A program made the position numbers and the translations under genes. This document shows, in pieces, positions 25,282 through 28,048 of a DNA stretch of 28,048 nucleotides. How positions within the stretch are numbered: the stretch's first letter is position 1; each line of letters starts with the position of its first letter. The notes below the pieces were generated by a model, which made no database searches, had not been told where the DNA came from, and saw nothing but the letters and a program-made list of their open reading frames with translations. The stretch comes from Bacilli bacterium (GTDB lineage: Bacteria; Bacillota_I; Bacilli_A; RFN20; CAG-288): NCBI GenBank assembly GCA_900769965.1, contig CAAGIQ010000065.1:1-28048 (forward strand), written 5' to 3'.

Positions 25282-27192
25282 CTAAAGTGTAATAGCTCTG
25301 ATTGGGCAGTTAGTATCACAAGTTCCGCATCTTATACACTTAAATTCATCGATTTGATAGACAAATAATTTTGGATTTCGTGTTGCATGTCTCTCAGTCT
25401 TGAAGATAGCTTCAACTGGACACTTACGGAAACAGTTACCACAACCGACACACTTATCTTCGTTGATGACGTATCTAGCAAGAGCTCGACAAGCTTTAGC
25501 TGGACATAACTTATGAACTACGTGCATCATGTATTCATCTTTGAAGTAACGTAAAGTGGAAAGAACTGGGTTTGGAGAAGATTGACCTAAACCACATAAA
25601 GCGGTGTCTTTAATGACTAAAGATAGTCTTTCGAGTTGATCGACATCTTCAACAGTACCTTCACCGTTACAAATTCTTTCGAGAATTTCATATAGTCTCT
25701 TATTACCGATACGGCATGGAGTACATTTACCACATGATTCTTCAACGGTGAAACCTAAATAGAACTTAGCGATGTCAACCATACAGTTATCTTCATCCAT
25801 GACGATAAGACCACCAGAACCCATCATCGAACCTATGGCCATAAGGTTATCGTAATCGATTGGAGTATCAATTAAGCTAAATGGGATACAACCACCTGAT
25901 GGACCACCGGTTTGAGCAGCTTTGAACTTCTTATCGTTCTTGATGCCACCACCGATTTCATAGATGATTTCTCTTAATGTTGTACCCATTGGTACTTCAA
26001 CTAAGCCGACGTTGTTGATCTTACCAGCAAGAGCAAAAACTTTTGTTCCCTTACTCTTTTCGGTACCTAAAGAAGCGAAGTTTTCAGCTCCTTCAGTAAA
26101 GATATATGGAACGTTAGCGTAGGTTTCTACGTTGTTAACAATAGTTGGTTTTTCAAATAAACCGGATTGAGCTGGGAATGGAGGTTTAACAACTGGTTCA
26201 CCTCTTTCACCTTCGATAGATTTGATTAAAGCAGTTTCTTCACCGCAAACGAAGGCACCAGCACCATATTTAATAGAGATATCAAATGAGAAATCTGAAC
26301 CCATGATATTTTTGCCCAAAAGACCTAACAATCTAGCTTCATTGATAGCGATTTGAAGTCTTTCAACAGCCAAAGGATATTCAGCACGAATATAGACAAC
26401 ACCTTCATCCGCTCCGATAGTATGTCCTGCTATAGTCATAGCTTCAACAACACTAAATGGATCTCCTTCCAAAATAGAACGATCCATAAAGGCACCTGGG
26501 TCACCTTCATCAGCGTTACAGATGACGTATTTCTTTTCACCTTTATTCTTACGGCAAATATCCCACTTTAAGTAGGTTGGGAAGCCACCGCCACCTCTAC
26601 CTCTTAAACCTGATACCTTCATGATATCGATGGTTTCTTCAGGAGTTAAATCGAAGATAACCTTCTCTAAAGCTTTATAACCATCGTTAGAGATATATTC
26701 TTTAATGTTTTCTGGATCGATTAAACCACAGTTACGTAAGGCAATACGTTTCTGTTTTTTGTAGAATGGAATTTCGTCTTGAACAGCGATGCGTTTTCCA
26801 TCGATTGGATTAACGTAAAGAAGATCTTCGACATATTTATGTCCGATGATATCTTCTTCGATAATTCTCTTAGCATCTTGAGGTTTTACTTGAACGTAGA
26901 AAGTGTGGTCTGGGAAGATTTTAACGATTGGTCCTTTTTCGCAGAAGCCGAAACAACCGGAAATGTGGACTTCAACCTTATCTTCAAGGCCATGAGCCTT
27001 AACTTCATTAACTAATTCATCGTAGATGGATTGAGATTCTGAAGCTCGACAACCAGTAGAGGAACAAACGCCAATGATGTACTTATCATGTACTTCGGAT
27101 TTGACACCTCTTTTAATATCTAACAAACCGTGAAGCTTATTAGAAAGTTCAACAAACTCTTCTCTATTGTTAATTCTTGTTAAACATGACAT
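25282..27192 (-). CDS. hydB: NuoF-like diaphorase subunit of the [FeFe]-hydrogenase (HydB/HndC)
   Basis: N-terminal thioredoxin-like 2Fe-2S, GRGGGGFP, NADEGDPGAFMDR, GAFVCGEETAL, GGPSGG, ESCGKCTPCR and two C-terminal 4Fe-4S motifs. Confidence 0.94.
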   Translation of the reverse strand: MSCLTRINNREEFVELSNKLHGLLDIKRGVKSEVHDKYIIGVCSSTGCRASESQSIYDELVNEVKAHGLEDKVEVHISGCFGFCEKGPIVKIFPDHTFYVQVKPQDAKRIIEEDIIGHKYVEDLLYVNPIDGKRIAVQDEIPFYKKQKRIALRNCGLIDPENIKEYISNDGYKALEKVIFDLTPEETIDIMKVSGLRGRGGGGFPTYLKWDICRKNKGEKKYVICNADEGDPGAFMDRSILEGDPFSVVEAMTIAGHTIGADEGVVYIRAEYPLAVERLQIAINEARLLGLLGKNIMGSDFSFDISIKYGAGAFVCGEETALIKSIEGERGEPVVKPPFPAQSGLFEKPTIVNNVETYANVPYIFTEGAENFASLGTEKSKGTKVFALAGKINNVGLVEVPMGTTLREIIYEIGGGIKNDKKFKAAQTGGPSGGCIPFSLIDTPIDYDNLMAIGSMMGSGGLIVMDEDNCMVDIAKFYLGFTVEESCGKCTPCRIGNKRLYEILERICNGEGTVEDVDQLERLSLVIKDTALCGLGQSSPNPVLSTLRYFKDEYMMHVVHKLCPAKACRALARYVINEDKCVGCGNCFRKCPVEAIFKTERHATRNPKLFVYQIDEFKCIRCGTCDTNCPIRAITL

Positions 27193-27206
27193 AAGAAATA
27201 TTCTCC

Positions 27207-27689
27207 TTACTTATATTCTTCAAGGATTTGCTTAACTGTTTCAATAGTAGCATTTCCGTAAGTTTTTCCATTAACTTGGATAACTGGTGCTAATCCGCAA
27301 GCACCGACGCAACGTAAGGATGAGAGAGTGTATAAACCATCCTCGGTAGTTTGACCGCATTTGATCTTTAATTTTGCTTCGAATTCATCAACGATCTTTT
27401 GACTACCTCTAACAAAGCAAGCTGTACCTAAACAGATGTTAATCGTGTATTTACCTTGTCTCTCTGTTTTAAAGAAAGAATAGAAAGTAACAACACCAAA
27501 GACTTTAGATGCAGGTATGCTAAGTTTTTCAGCAACGAATTCTTGAACCTCCCTTGGAAGGTAACCAAAAATATGCTGAGCACGATGAAGAATTGCAATC
27601 AATTCGTGGGAGTTATAATTGTGCTCCTTCATGAAAGCATCGAGTTCATCGAATTTAGCTTTTGTAGCTTCATCAATTGTATTATTCAT
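27207..27689 (-). CDS. hydC: NuoE-like 2Fe-2S subunit of the [FeFe]-hydrogenase (HydC/HndA)
   Basis: VVTFYSFF, CLGTAC and CVGACGLAP motifs. Confidence 0.94.
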   Translation of the reverse strand: MNNTIDEATKAKFDELDAFMKEHNYNSHELIAILHRAQHIFGYLPREVQEFVAEKLSIPASKVFGVVTFYSFFKTERQGKYTINICLGTACFVRGSQKIVDEFEAKLKIKCGQTTEDGLYTLSSLRCVGACGLAPVIQVNGKTYGNATIETVKQILEEYK

Positions 27690-27827
27690 ATTATATGTCC
27701 TTTCACATAGTTAATTATAAACACAATCAGAAAATATTGTAAGGGGATACATAAAAGGATATAAATTAAATATGAATTAAGTAAATGATTTATGCTCATT
27801 TCTAGTCTTTTTTAAAAAAAAGGACAT

Positions 27828-27862
27828 AAAAAAACTGCCGATATAACGTATCAAGCAGTTTT
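27828..27862 (-). terminator. Terminator after the partial hydrogenase gene
   Basis: Inverted repeat AAAACTGC...GCAGTTTT, extended by a T run on the minus strand. Confidence 0.75.
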
Positions 27863-27875
27863 AAAAGATAATAAA

Positions 27876-28048
27876 CTAATTAATTGATTTATCGAAGTGG
27901 CAATCGATATCTTCAAATCCTTCCTTGGAGGACTCGATTGTAACAGATTTAACCTGTTCATTTTCAGCCTTAGCAAGACCGTTAATTAGAAGAGCGTTAG
28001 CAACTTGTGAATCGACACCAGCGATACATCCGCCTTCACACATCATAC
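27876..28048 (-). CDS. 3' end (partial) of a second [FeFe]-hydrogenase-like gene
   Basis: Manual translation MMCEGGCIAGVDSQVANALLINGLAKAENEQVKSVTIESSKEGFEDIDCHFDKSIN*; MxCxGGCxxG is the third H-cluster motif. Confidence 0.75.
   Translation of the reverse strand, partial: MMCEGGCIAGVDSQVANALLINGLAKAENEQVKSVTIESSKEGFEDIDCHFDKSIN

Noticed and set aside
1061..27710. Short ORF-track entries overlapping the long genes (e.g. 1061-1276, 3134-3358, 6976-7185, 7229-7498, 12177-12548, 16098-16313, 17946-18215, 19429-19674, 21968-22180, 23595-23816, 26353-26571, 27456-27710)
   Set aside because: Antisense or alternate-frame shadows of well-supported genes, with no recognisable motifs
27700..27802. Rex operator or AAATGA-N7-TCATTT palindrome upstream of hydC
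   Set aside because: The Rex-like string TAGTTAATTATAAACACAA has wrong spacing and several mismatches; the palindrome is short and AT-rich

Overview
A 28 kb, AT-rich, densely coding chromosomal segment from a low-GC anaerobic Bacillota-type bacterium. TGA is used as a stop and there are sigma-A-like promoters, GGAGG ribosome-binding sites and a T-box. The tig-lon-engB order without clpPX suggests a reduced Bacilli lineage (inference). Most genes are on the minus strand. From the right: the C-terminus of a second [FeFe]-hydrogenase (missed by the ORF track), a trimeric hydCBA NAD-linked [FeFe]-hydrogenase, Mrp/ApbC, a HEPN-like+CBS protein, then tRNA-Arg(UCU) on +, a PAP2-DHH-ABC-F operon, ackA and a tandem-thioredoxin lipoprotein on +, glgB-glgP, tig-lon-engB, T-box-valS, a double-glycine-leader peptide coupled to radC, a Sel1-repeat protein and an aldehyde dehydrogenase. 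No mobile element or CRISPR array is visible. Three observations stand out. (1) A candidate ~118-nt four-hairpin sRNA with its own promoter, a terminator and a duplicated CCCCCACU motif (21652-21769). (2) A convergent CBS-domain protein carrying an N-terminal HEPN-type R-x4-H motif, predicted to be an adenylate-gated RNase. (3) An orphan GG-leader peptide translationally coupled to radC, whose RBS lies in a hairpin with a cin-box-like loop, suggesting an uncharacterised competence or fratricide module.
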